Part shown: piece by piece, positions 48,401 to 60,700 of the stretch
Position numbering within the stretch: position 1 is the stretch's first letter
How the letters are laid out: every line of letters starts with the position of its first letter
Assembly: GCA_051362555.1 (NCBI GenBank)
Contig: CM120640.1
Coordinates: 54,228,788-54,292,787, forward strand
Direction of reading: 5' to 3'
From: Lingula anatina
Taxonomy: Eukaryota; Animalia; Brachiopoda
DNA: 64,000 bases
Translations under genes and position numbers: made by a program
Notes under the pieces: generated by a model
The model's input: the letters and a program-made list of their open reading frames with translations, nothing else
What the model was told of the DNA's origin: nothing
The model's database searches: none

Positions 48401-51400
48401 CATAAATGTGCTCTGCAAGAAGGCAATGAGATCCACTAGATATCCACTGGCATGTCCCTTAGGTTCTGGAAGGGTCCACTCATATGAAGCTGTGAAGAAA
48501 GTGCAATTTATCAAAGTAAATAATGATATGAATGTATTCAATTTAAATAGGTCTTTTGCATGTGATATCACACTCCCAAATGCACAGCTACAAACAATTT
48601 AAAGAAAAATGATGACTTTATGCCAATTCAAACTAAGTAATTAAAACTGATTTTAATTACAATGAAATGACAACTTTTAACTGCATCTATCTCAAAACCT
48701 AGATTATTTAGAGATTTTACTTACCTAACTCCAATATGTCATCTATTTTCTTATTCAGTTTATAATAGATTTGATCTTCAGCTTCACTCCGTGCATCCTA
48801 ATATCGAATAAAAACAAAACTTTGAGTTCTTTGATAATTAATCCAATTGAAAAAAATCTTAGTTCATGGTTTTATCCAATTTTATGATATAGGAAGAATA
48901 AAACTAGTCACTGTTTATATAATTACAACAACACAAGTGAGAATGGAACAACTGTTGCTATCCAAATATTCCTTCCAAGAAGCACATCTAAAAATATCTT
49001 GCTCCTGAGTAATATTTTACATATATTTCAGTCTTTCACATGATAATTTTTTATGTCAACAGCAGAGAAGGAATGTATCATACCTTAAACATGGCTGTTC
49101 CATGGAGTTTGGTCACATGCACACTTTCCCTATCAGCACTAACAAAAACATAAACAGTATTTTTTTAATCACAAAATTACAATAAATAGTTTACTCTACG
49201 GGATGCCTCCAATATCTTTTCCTCAAAAGGAAGTACAACAGTGATTTTAAAACTAGGCCAAGGATTTTATTCTATTTCTGAATTCTAAGAAAGCATAACA
49301 TTTCCTGTAACTGAAGACAAAAACATTTTTGATACATAATTCATTATCATACATCATGTTTAAGAATTTAAATAAATATCCAATGGTGCAAGGGTTGCCA
49401 ACAGGGAATCACAACTATATCAAATAGAATATGATTAATTAAGTTTAAGAAATAATATATTTCTTGAACAATCAAGCTTGATTTTTGTCAGTTAATAACA
49501 CAATATGAAACTCCTGACAGGATGATATGTGAAACATGTACGTCTTATAAGAACAGGACATGAAGACAATCGTACTGGTTTTACCACATATCTCTGTAGA
49601 CTTACCCAGTGATGTTGGAGATGAATTGTTCTAGATACTCGCAGGACTGTTCTAAGTAATTCATGTTGATGGAGATTTGGATCAACTAGGAAAGATTGCA
49701 GCTGTTAACATATGTAAGGTCCAATAGCAGCAAATGTAAAGTAACTGCCAACTCTTTAAAATAATCTTTGTAAGTTATGACACCAATTGCCAAAATGGCC
49801 TCTCAACAAAAAAAAAAAATAGTTTCACAAATACAGAGCAACATGAAAACAACTCAGTTCTTTACAACCAAACATTTCTCACATTAATATCAACACTGAA
49901 TTACAATACATCAACTGCCAATATGTACCTGGAGCAGTGTTAGCTCTGGTCTTCGTATCAGTTCTGACAAGCATCCCCCTAGTGTTCTAGTCAGGAGAAT
50001 ATTGGCAGACTTCCTGATCATGTCATTCACCTCAGAATGACTAAAATAAAAAAAGAAAATAAATATTTCATAATCAGTCTTAATAATTGTTATTTTTTCT
50101 AATTTAAAGATAACCCAATGATTTTCAAAAAAGTGATACGTTAAAATACCAAATATTTTTGTTAACTGATATTAATGAAGGTTTAGAGTATGAAAAAATA
50201 CAATATTTTATGGTGAACATTTCAATCATCACATATTATGTCGGTTTTCATAAGGCAAAAAATAACATAGGTCCTTTGAATATCAATTCTAACAGTGTCA
50301 CCTGAGATGCAGATCTTCTGAGAATTTCAGACAAGCATAGATGTACTCTTTCACTTGAATGTAAATCTTTGGCACAAACTGAGAGAAAGGAAATGTTTTT
50401 GGAAAGGGGCTCTGAAAAGAAAACATCAAAATCTCTATCAATCATTATTCCTGATGTTACCAAATCCATTTTCTTTCTCTATTGTCATTTTATAAACAAT
50501 TGACAAAATCAGATCTTCACATCATAAATAGTTCCAACAAAATTACTTAGCTACCAATGATTGTTACACTTTCATTTGTGATATTTTTCAAAATAGCCTC
50601 CAACCCCACCCAATCTTCCATGCTTTTTATCACACCAAAGCCTGCTGTTTCACTCTATAAATGTATGCCCAGGTAAAAATTCTATCATTCCAATACCTTC
50701 TCAAACTCCTCATCTTTGTATGGGTACTTAGAGGTGACATCCAGGTACTCTTCCTGTGTCTGCACAGAAATAGCGGTATAGTTATCCTGGGCAAAAATCT
50801 CCTGGAACACTTGGATCCATTTCTGCATGATAATCTCATTGTACTGATCCCTGTTTGGATGGAAAAATAATAAAACATATAATTAAAAATAAAGATATTA
50901 AAGGGATAATAACTCTTCGTATGAGGTCTATATTTCACAATAAAAACATTGTGAATAACTCAAAGAAATATAATATATTCTGTTTTACGACAAAGACAGC
51001 AGTTAAAGCTATTATTCTGATATCTGAGCTTGTCTTCAGACCACGTGACCTCCATTGATGGCTATACTCTGTTATAATCTCTTAAGAGCTTTTAACAAAA
51101 AACCAAACTTTTTGGAAAAAAAACAGGGACTAACTTTGAATGTAAAAATGGATTCATTAACCATTGGTAAGTACGGGAAAATTGTTGACCCCAGGAAAAT
51201 TCATTTTTTGGCCAAAACGAAGAGTTCCTTTAAAGATCTATTGATACTACTGTAAACTTTGATCATTATCTTGAAATGTTAATGATCAAATCTTCACATT
51301 ATAAATGGAATCCAGCCATTTCTAAGTCTACAAATAAACCTAATATTTTATCATTCAAAATCATTCAAAATAATATGGAACAATTAATATTTCTTTTTTG

Positions 51401-54400
51401 CTACCACTGTTTATAACATACAATTCTATAAATAAACAAAAACTGCTTGTAAGCTATTACTTAGCTAATATATAAAAAAATCTCAGCTGAATGAATGGAG
51501 GAATGAACACGTCATTCAAAAATTAACATACCTGACTTCTACCAATAAATCATAAAGTTTTCCTGCTGTAAAACCATAACTCTGAAACATAATCATTTAA
51601 ATTTTGAATAAAAAGTCATTACTGTTTTGACTTAAATATAATAGGTTGTACATATTATCCGCACATACACAAAACTGCATTAACGTGCAAGTTCAAATGT
51701 AAATGTTTCTCACTTACATTGTCTTATCTTCTATATTTTTATAAATTCAACAAAGGCATGGATATCTATAAATTTATTTAGACTTTCCTCAATAAAAATT
51801 TCTAGATATCTTTAAAACTGTTTGGCAACCTCTTACCTTCAATGTATGACTAAATAAAATGATCACATTTTTTATTTGTAAAAGAAGTGTGGCATCTGTG
51901 CAATAGGCCTAAAACAAATAGAAATACATTAAATAGTATAATGAGCAAATGTATCTAAAATCTGCATCAAACAAGTCTGTTAATTTTTGTTCTATCATCA
52001 AAATATGTGAAGCTGGCCGTGCTCTACACAGAAATTTTGCCCCTTTAGGGAGACTGGTAATCTTTGTTTATAAGTCTATTTTTCCACATAACATTTATTT
52101 TTCTATTAAATAGAAGTCACAGTTACTGATATTACTTACTGTGTGAGTCCTTAACACAGCAACAATCTTTGAAATACACATGTCCCACAGCTCGTCCATG
52201 TAGCCTCTGTCCACAAGGCCAGATGTAGTATTTAAAATGTGGTCCTCAACAACTAAAAACCTGAAGCAGAAAAACAATACTTCATACAGAAGTCATATGT
52301 ATGTAAAGGACCACATTTAAAAGTTGAAATCTTATAAAATAAACTATATCATTTATACAATTTAAGTGTGCAGGGATATGTGAATACACAGGTAGTTGTT
52401 TTTCTGAAACGTTACAATCTCCCTGTAACTATCCAAAACATAACATACTCACCCTACTACTTCTTGGAAGTAAACCCTATAATGTTCTACAGAGGCATGC
52501 TAAAAATATAAAAAGACCATACATTCTTTTAGACATAAACTGCTGTTAAGTTGGATGGAACTTATCAAGAAAGATTGATTAAGTAAAACATTCCTTGATA
52601 ATACATGAGGCATAACTGTTTAATATGCAAAAACAAACAAAAAATAATACAATTTGCATGCAGAAGATACTTATCACTAACCATGTTGGTAGGAGGCTGC
52701 AAAGCCAATCTTGCTTGCTTTCTTCGCTGTCTACGGTAGTAATCTACAAATGTTTCTCTGGCACCCTACAATTACAAGATAAAGATAAATTTCAAGTGTG
52801 GAATAGCATTCACTAACCTTAATACAGATGTACATAAATCATCTAATAAATTGCTTTGACATCACATAAATGCAGAGAGCAAATTCTGAAATTCTATTAC
52901 AAATCTACTTAGTCTAATTAAATACATTTTGGTCCTATCACAATATTATGTTCTTTCCTTGTCTCCTTAATTCTTACATACCAAAACAGTATAGATATGG
53001 AAACATCTGTAAACTGGAGAAAAGTCCACTAAGTCTTGAGCACTGAGTTCCTGAAAGCATAAAATAAATAAAATTTCCGAGGTCTAGAAAAAAATTTTAA
53101 GATAAGAGGAAAGTAATTTGCATTACAATGTCAAAAATGAAAAAAAAAAAGAAATCTTTTAGACTGGTCATGTTATATTAATTGATAATAACTGATGTTA
53201 CACTCTTATAATACAACCACAACCTGTTTTCTAAAAAGATGCAGTCATTTATCTATTCCAAATCAGGATGCTAAAAGTTGCTGAACAATATAAAAAAAAC
53301 ATAAATGAAGGAATATTCAACATGAATGACTACTCACTTCTCCTTCCTCTGACTCTGTTGGCTGTAAGAATGGATTTGCATCATCTTCCTCATCATTATC
53401 TTCTACTGCATCTTCCTCTTCAACTTCTCCCGTGAATGGGTTAGGAGGTTTTGGTGCTCGTCTTTTCTTTTTCTTTTTGATAACTTTTGGTGGCTGTTGT
53501 GCTGACGGTCCAGAATCAATGTTATTCAATTCTGCTGCCTATATTAAAGAAAACTTTGGAATTTTTACACTTGTAAAGATGCCCAGTCACACTTCAAAAT
53601 AGAAATCAATTAAAATCCAAATGATAAAAAAAGTGTCATAAATAGATCCTGTAAGATCCACTAGCTCTACAAATCTGAAATGATTAAGCAAGAAAATAGT
53701 GCACAACAGGTTCATCCACATTCATGACAAAAATCCCACTACTTAAAAGTTTTGTTCTAAAATAAGTTGCTAGTAGAATACAAGCATTTTCCAAGTAACT
53801 CACGTGTCTCATAGCAACTTGACCAATCTTAGGTGAATGTTTCCTGATGTTTTCAAGGAAATCTTTAAGATCAGACATGGAAGCTTCTTTGATCTCTTCA
53901 CGAAGCTTGGGAATGGTCTCACTCATCATCTGTGAGAACCTATATCGACTAACACGTGGAAGGTACACATGCTCCAGTTGTTCCAGTGTTTTGAGAGCTG
54001 GGTAGTACCTGCATACGATTGACACAGTGAGGTTGTCATAATATACCAATTTTCACGTAGCTTTTACAATGGCATAAAACTCTCCAATTAATATAAGCTT
54101 CCAAAAAATACATAGCTACATTGAAAAAGAAATGATTCATATAAAAGTTCATATAAAAGTTATATGAATGCATCTGAGGATGACAATTGGCTTTAGGTTG
54201 CTTAAGTCTTTAAGCTATGCTACAAACTATTTTGGGCGCAGAGGTATGTCAGAACCTTATAACAACTTACCGCTTATCATTCATTTGTTCTCTAAGCTTT
54301 CCAAATTTTTCAAGAACTGAAATACAAAGAACAGGATTATGATCACAACAAATCTCACTAAATTTCACAGAAAAAAATATAATATGTAGTACAGGTTTCC

Positions 54401-57400
54401 TATCAGTAACATTGTTTATTAATAATTAAGTTAACGTCTGTAACAACTTCATCCTAAAAGCAACAGAATACCTGGCAAACACAGCTCTAAATGTTCCACT
54501 GCTGCCATTATATTTCTTTGTATTTTTCTACTGGTCACCAACTCACTGCCTTTCTTCATTAGAATCTGACTGGATTTCTGGAGTTCTTCATTTGTAGCTT
54601 CAATTTCACTCTAAGAAGAAAAATAGACCAGGTCTCTCACGCTTTAAAAATCTGTCAAATCTAAACGTTATCAAAATTCAGCATTAACAAAAATATGTTA
54701 GTGTTACAACATCATTTTGTGAATTTATGAAATTGCTACATAACTTACAAGTTCTGTGTATGCAAAATTGTTTGACCATCCTGGTCACTAGCCCCTTAGT
54801 TTGTGTACAATCAGAGCTTTTTCTAGTTTCAAATACAATTGTTTACAAAATGAATCTATCCCCTTAAAATTATATTACAAACTTGTTAAAATGCTTATAA
54901 TTAATAATACCAAAAAATGTCCCCTAACACCTCTTCCATACCTTGAGATTCTGTGCTTCATTTCTGACTTGGAGCAGCTCCCTTATGGAATCAATAAAGC
55001 CCTGGTAGTGGTAGTTACACATGCGTTCAATCTCCTTGTCATGGTGCTTGAGGCGAGCATCCAAGTGCTCCATGAACATCTTATGCTCCTCTCCATCATA
55101 TACAGCTCTGGAATAGTGGCATTTCACATCTTTAAAGTGTGATCATGCTGGAGCACTACAATTATTTTGTAACATGTACATAATAGTAATCACTATGTAT
55201 TTGTATGACAACAGTCCTCCAAATATATCTGTATTCATTTTTATTGCAAAACTGTAGCCATATATATATACGCAAGATGAAATGTTATGAAACTGGAAAC
55301 TTTTTTATCTACTGTACAAGTCTGTCAAAATTCAGTTTTCTTTACATAACGCTTCAGAAAAAACTCTCAAGGAAATATATTTAAAAAGATAAAATTATAA
55401 ATATATAATTTAACAGCAACAAATGTTAGATACTTAAAGCAGTATAAAAAATGGATCACACATAAACATAATTTGGTTTAACTAAAAGAAAAACAATTGT
55501 AAGAAAAATATATAAATTCACATTTTTAATTTCTAAAAACCAACACAAAACAAGCATCAGAAAACAGAGATAACATTTTAATAACTGCTAAAATAAATAC
55601 AATTAATACATTTCATATGCAAAGCTGCTTCATAACATTTTAAATAATAGGGTAGGTAATCTAAAGCATCCCTTCAAAGAAAGCTTTTAGAAAAATATAT
55701 CTAATAACTAAAAATGCAGAAATGCAGGATACACAGTGAGGGGAGGGTACTAGTATGGATTAGAATGGTGTTTTTTTAATCAAACTATGGCAAAGAAAAA
55801 CTCAAATGTTTTTGGTTTTAGTGTGAGTGGAGGGGTACATGTGAGTATATAGGGTGAGGATGTGACAAGTTAGAAGACAGATCAGAACACATGAGAGCTA
55901 TGCTGCACACAAAAAGCTGCATTCAAACTGTATATAAACAGCAAAAACAGAAGTTTATATCTACATGAAAGTTTGCAGACACAATATTCATGTCCATGCA
56001 TAATATCCTAAAGGCAAGTCCACAACACATTATGCACCCAAGGTAGCATCTGGGCATAAATGTAATGCAGGATAATGCTGACTGCTCTAATGAAACTATT
56101 GTAACTACTAACACCTGGGTCCATATGCATTAAAACATGAAATCTTTTGATTAGAAAATAATACAATTAGGATAAACAGCTTGGAAGTCAAAATAAATAT
56201 GATCTGCTATAAATTATTTGACCAGACCATTTCACTATTTTTCTTTTTTATTCATTTATTTTTGGTGAAACATTGAATTGTTAGTCTAACACAAAGTGTC
56301 AGAAAGAAAGAAAATATTTTAAAATGAATGTAAAATAAAAGCTCATTTGGCAAAAAAAAAAAAGTAAATAAAAATAAATAAATAAATGACTTGATCTTAA
56401 ATTTTTTCCATCCTTACATCAAAATTTGGAGAAAATTGTTAATTCACTTAAAAATAATGCCAGAATGACCCCAAAGTCCAAACAAAAAATAATGCCTAAA
56501 ACTAGGTGTGGAGATAAATATAATGCAAGTGTGCATGTGGGATAATAATTAAGCACTTCAAATTGCTAAAGTGGATGAGGAATGCAAAGGAACACATTAA
56601 ATGCTGACACCATATAACATTCCTACCTCAGAACATAGCTCAAACTACCAGGATTGCCTGACTCAAGCTCCAAAACCAAACCCTCCTGTTCATAATATCC
56701 ACTTCTACTCTCTTCATTTTTCTGTTCTGCCATGATCTACCTATATACTAGTAAGGTACACCAACAGCCAATAATTTGTATGTTACTACATAACAAATAT
56801 TGCCCAAAGAAAATCACCCATAGCTCAGAACAATGCCCAGTCATTGTGATGCATCCTGTATGTACATTAGTCTTTATTATATATCTAAGAACAGTAACAT
56901 GCTTTCATTACAATCATTAATAACAAATAACCACTTTTATACAACATGGCACTGGCAATTGCGGGTTGAATCAGTATTTTTTCTCAATTTCAAATTTCTA
57001 CTGGCGTGTTAATTTAAGTTGCAACAATAACAAATTATGTCAAGAATAATCATAATGCACTGTTAAACGCAGAACGTTTCAGTTCGTCGCTCTGTGAAAG
57101 TTGAAATCTGCAGAAGCAAAAGTCAAAACTCTCTAAAATAGTCGATTATTATACTTATAATATCTAAAAAATTTAAGTTATTAGTAGAGCACGTTTTCTC
57201 ATACGACTAGGAGGAGGGTGGCACCTAATATATTTACTACTGCCAGTGTCAAAACGAAATCCCAAGTTCGTTACAAAAAGACTTAACATTTACCTTAAAG
57301 TGGTGGACAAAGAAACATCAGTTGTTTCAATTTCGTTGACCAAAAGCTCGTGCTTAGCATGAATTGACTCCTGTTGAACAAACTCTGACTCTTTCACGGC

Positions 57401-57454
57401 CGTTGCAAGCTTTTTCCAGACATCGTGAGAATTTTTCCGTACAGGTTCCGCCAT
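45410..57454 (-). CDS. EXOC6: Exocyst complex component 6 (Sec15), complete multi-exon gene
   Basis: Approximate exons: 57294..57454 (HELLVNEIETTDVSLSTTLR), 54942..55107 (AVYDGEEH..HDKEIERMCNYHYQGFIDSIRELL), 54472..54610, 54271..54316, 53804..54008 (YYPALKTLEQLEHVYLP..LKDFLENIR), 53338..53538, 52982..53050 (DLVDFSPVYRCFHIY), 52682..52767, 52452..52499, 52140..52261 (FLVVEDHIL), 51837..51908, 51532..51581, 50697..50850, 50302..50410, 49929..50040, 49606..49685, 49084..49137, 48725..48797, 48382..48489, 46684..46825, 46161..46234, 45804..45917 (LLDLFTTEDWSAYLADFG), 45410..45536 (stop TGA). Confidence 0.93.
56627..56733 (-). CDS. EXOC6: Putative alternative first coding exon of EXOC6
   Basis: An ATG opens 107 nt (MAEQKNEESRSGYYEQEGLVLELESGNPGSLSYVLR) ending at AG|GTAGG. 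It has the same phase (2) as exon 57294..57454 and is homologous to its 3' half. Confidence 0.65.
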
Positions 57455-57778
57455 AGCAATTTCCGGTGGAGTTTGCGCACTTGAGTTAAGATAATTCTTT
57501 CGAATTTAGAGGAACGAAATGTGTTATGGCACTTCATTGAAGAAGAAAGCTGTAAGGCGATTCTTATACTAATGAAGTGACAGTATTCAACTGATAATGC
57601 AAAAGTTAGTCAATGATGTACATCAGCTTGCTATTACCTAAACTTAATAGAACAATCAAAAGTTTGAAATATCTCTTTCAAACAATGACGAAAATTGTTG
57701 ATTTTAACAAATAACAATTAATATCCTGACATTTTTTCCAAGACATGATGAGGAGTGCTTAGGGGAAGATTGATCCAA
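57455..57778. promoter_or_regulatory. Bidirectional promoter between EXOC6 and the Tudor gene
   Basis: The divergent ATGs are only 324 bp apart. The region has local CpG enrichment, an ETS-like TTTCCGGT (~57460), TGCGCA, and a YY1-like AAATGGCG at the Tudor ATG. Confidence 0.55.
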
Positions 57779-60700
57779 ATGGCGATGGAGAGTGTGCCAG
57801 AGGAACACTATATGAACATTAAGGTCACACAAGTAATAGACCCAAGTAATTTTTCTGCACAGATAGGATATGGTGAGTTAAATGTTGGTGCCATTCATTC
57901 TCTGTAACATACATGTAGGTATATCAGAAAAATTTTCAAACTGTTCAGAAAATTATAATACTCATATCTTCTGAATGGTAATGATAAAAACAGATGAATT
58001 CTTTTGGAATTTTAAAAATATTCCAACAAGCAACAAAGATATTGAAGTTTTTAACTGCAAAATTTCACCAAAAGTGTCCACACTTTTCAGCTAAAAACCT
58101 GTGACCACTGACCAGCAGTGATCACTCAGCTGTAGCTGCAGCTTAAATTGCTTGTGAGCAATTAAGGCAATTAGAGCTCTGTGTTAATCTAATGACCCTG
58201 AAACAAAACTAAATTGGTGACCGCAAAAGCACATGGCTGGGATGATTTCCGTGCAGATCACGTACTATAAATATTGCGCATCAAATAAACTATACTTCAC
58301 ATGGTTCAATTTCATGATTTTTTGCCATAATATTGCATATTTCATGAACTTTACATGGCATAAATTACAAAAACTTCCATGCAGTACTTATCTAAAATTT
58401 TTAATATTTTGTCGAGGCAAAACTTCAAAACGTCCTCAAATCAAAGTTCTCTAAGACTGCAACACGGGAAAATCACGTGATGGGAATTTACTCTTTCATT
58501 TACAGCTTATTTAGTAAATGGCTTGTATTAGTTTATTTACATGGCGCTAAAAGAGAGATTTAAAAAAACGGATGTCATGGGTGAGCTGTTAGCAGGCCAG
58601 TCTCGGTTTTGCACTTCACTGCCCCTGGATAGTTACTACTGTGGCGCTCCTAGCGGATTGTGATATACCTATTCTAACAAATAACTTAATAAGGCATTTT
58701 ATTTTAATACAGTATTGACATTTTTGATAAATTCATAGCTACCAACTTGACAACAGCAGTTTTGTCTTTCAACTATGTGTTCTCATAACAATTCCTTTTA
58801 GTCTCAGTATGATTTTAAAGGTTTATATTTATATACAAGTATCCAAATACTTTCAAAATAAGAAAATAATTTCAACATTTTTTAAAGATATCAGTCAGTT
58901 AGAAGCTTGGGAAAAGAAACTTCATGAGTACTGTGAATGCCTGTATGAAGTGGGTTGTGATGTGTCCCAGCTTCATGTAGGCCAGTTGGTGCTGGTTCAC
59001 AGTGGAATTGACAATACCTGGAAGAGAGCAGAGATTGCTAGAGTCAACAGGTGAGAGGTGTAGAAAATAGAAAATTGTAAGTCACATGTTTTAAATTTCT
59101 TTGTTTGTAAGGCTTAGTAAAGACTTCACTTCCTATGGCACTATTCTATGGCAACCAAGAACTGCTAGTAAAATTTTACTTGGTTGTGATTAAGGGGTCA
59201 AGGATATTAAAAATACGTCTTAAACTCGATTTTTAGTTTTTTATACGTTAGAAATAATCAATATTGTATCTAATACTCAATTAAGTTATATTTTTGCAAC
59301 ACGGACTAAAAATATACATTTGGACGAGTTTTTCTACCTGTCCGTGGCAGCCTTTAGGCTCGGCCTCCGTTGTCAAGCACCGTTACTATGGGGGGCGGGG
59401 CAAGAATGGTTGTCTAACTTGTCTTAAGCTGTTACGTGTGCACTGGCAGCTCATAAGTCTTACGTCAGCTAAACTGAGATTATACTGTTTCCATTTTTTT
59501 ACATTGTTAACAATATATTAATTTTTTTCCCTTAGCGTCTCAATCATGTCACGTCAAGATCACACTTGAGCTGCTGAGAATTCGTACAACGTCTTGGGTT
59601 GTCAGAAAAAAATTGTTAGGCAATCATTTTTTTACAATAAAGATCGTAACAGCAAGCAAGTTTATAAATAATATTGCCACCCAAAACATTTTCAAACTCG
59701 CCTATTACGATATCGGCACTCTGTGGCATCGTGGCTGATACGTACCCACATTCGGCCGTTTCTCGGAGTAATTCTTCCTTGCTTTCTCCATTTTCGCGTC
59801 TTGGTGTGTAGAGCGGCGTCCACGCACGACGGGTGGCATTGTCCTCTGCTTGCACCTCAAGTAATTTTCTTTTTGTTAGTTAGCGCTTCCTTAGACACTT
59901 CCTAGACAGTGCACAGACTCCTACTGCGTCAGGTACAATTATGATTAATTACGTCAGTGAAACGAGAGTAGGAAGGCCTACTCAGCTGTCAATCATTTCT
60001 CAGGGAAGAGCGGCTTTCGTGGTGCGAATAAGTTTGCGTACAAAAGTAAGATTTTCTGGCATCTAGATAGAAACAAACAACCCAATTTTAACACGTAATG
60101 GTGTATAGACCTTCCCGATCAATAAGATGATAACAGGTAAGGTGGAGGTGCAATTAATTTGCTAAATTAGCCCAATTACCTGAGCCAAATGGTTTATGAG
60201 CGATTTCTCAGCTTTGAAGATTGATAACATAGTCTAAACTTCAATCCCCATATCTCATTCTTTTCCTGTCAGATTGACATGAAATTTGATGTGTCTGTGT
60301 TTCAGTATAATATCTAGTCGACTGCGTCTTGGGTTCTTGATTGACTTTTTATTTTTGAAGTTATTTATACTGAAAGTGAATGGTCCATATATATTTCATA
60401 AAATTCACGTTTTATCAAAATAAAATCAAACGTAAAAATAATAAGAGAAAATCCTGACAGAGTTTACTGGTTTTTGTGCTAACCTTTAGATAGCTATTTC
60501 AATCGTATTTATAGGGCTTTTTGTTTAAGAGAAAATCTTGATTAAAAAAATGACAATTTTAGCCCGAAAACGCTGATATTACGTCACTCGTGTTACACTG
60601 TGACTACAAACTTTGGAAAATTGTTTTGCTTGCTAGACCATATCCTTTAGTTAATAGGAAATTTAATTAGCTGCATTAGTTTTGGACTTTTTCGTTAATA

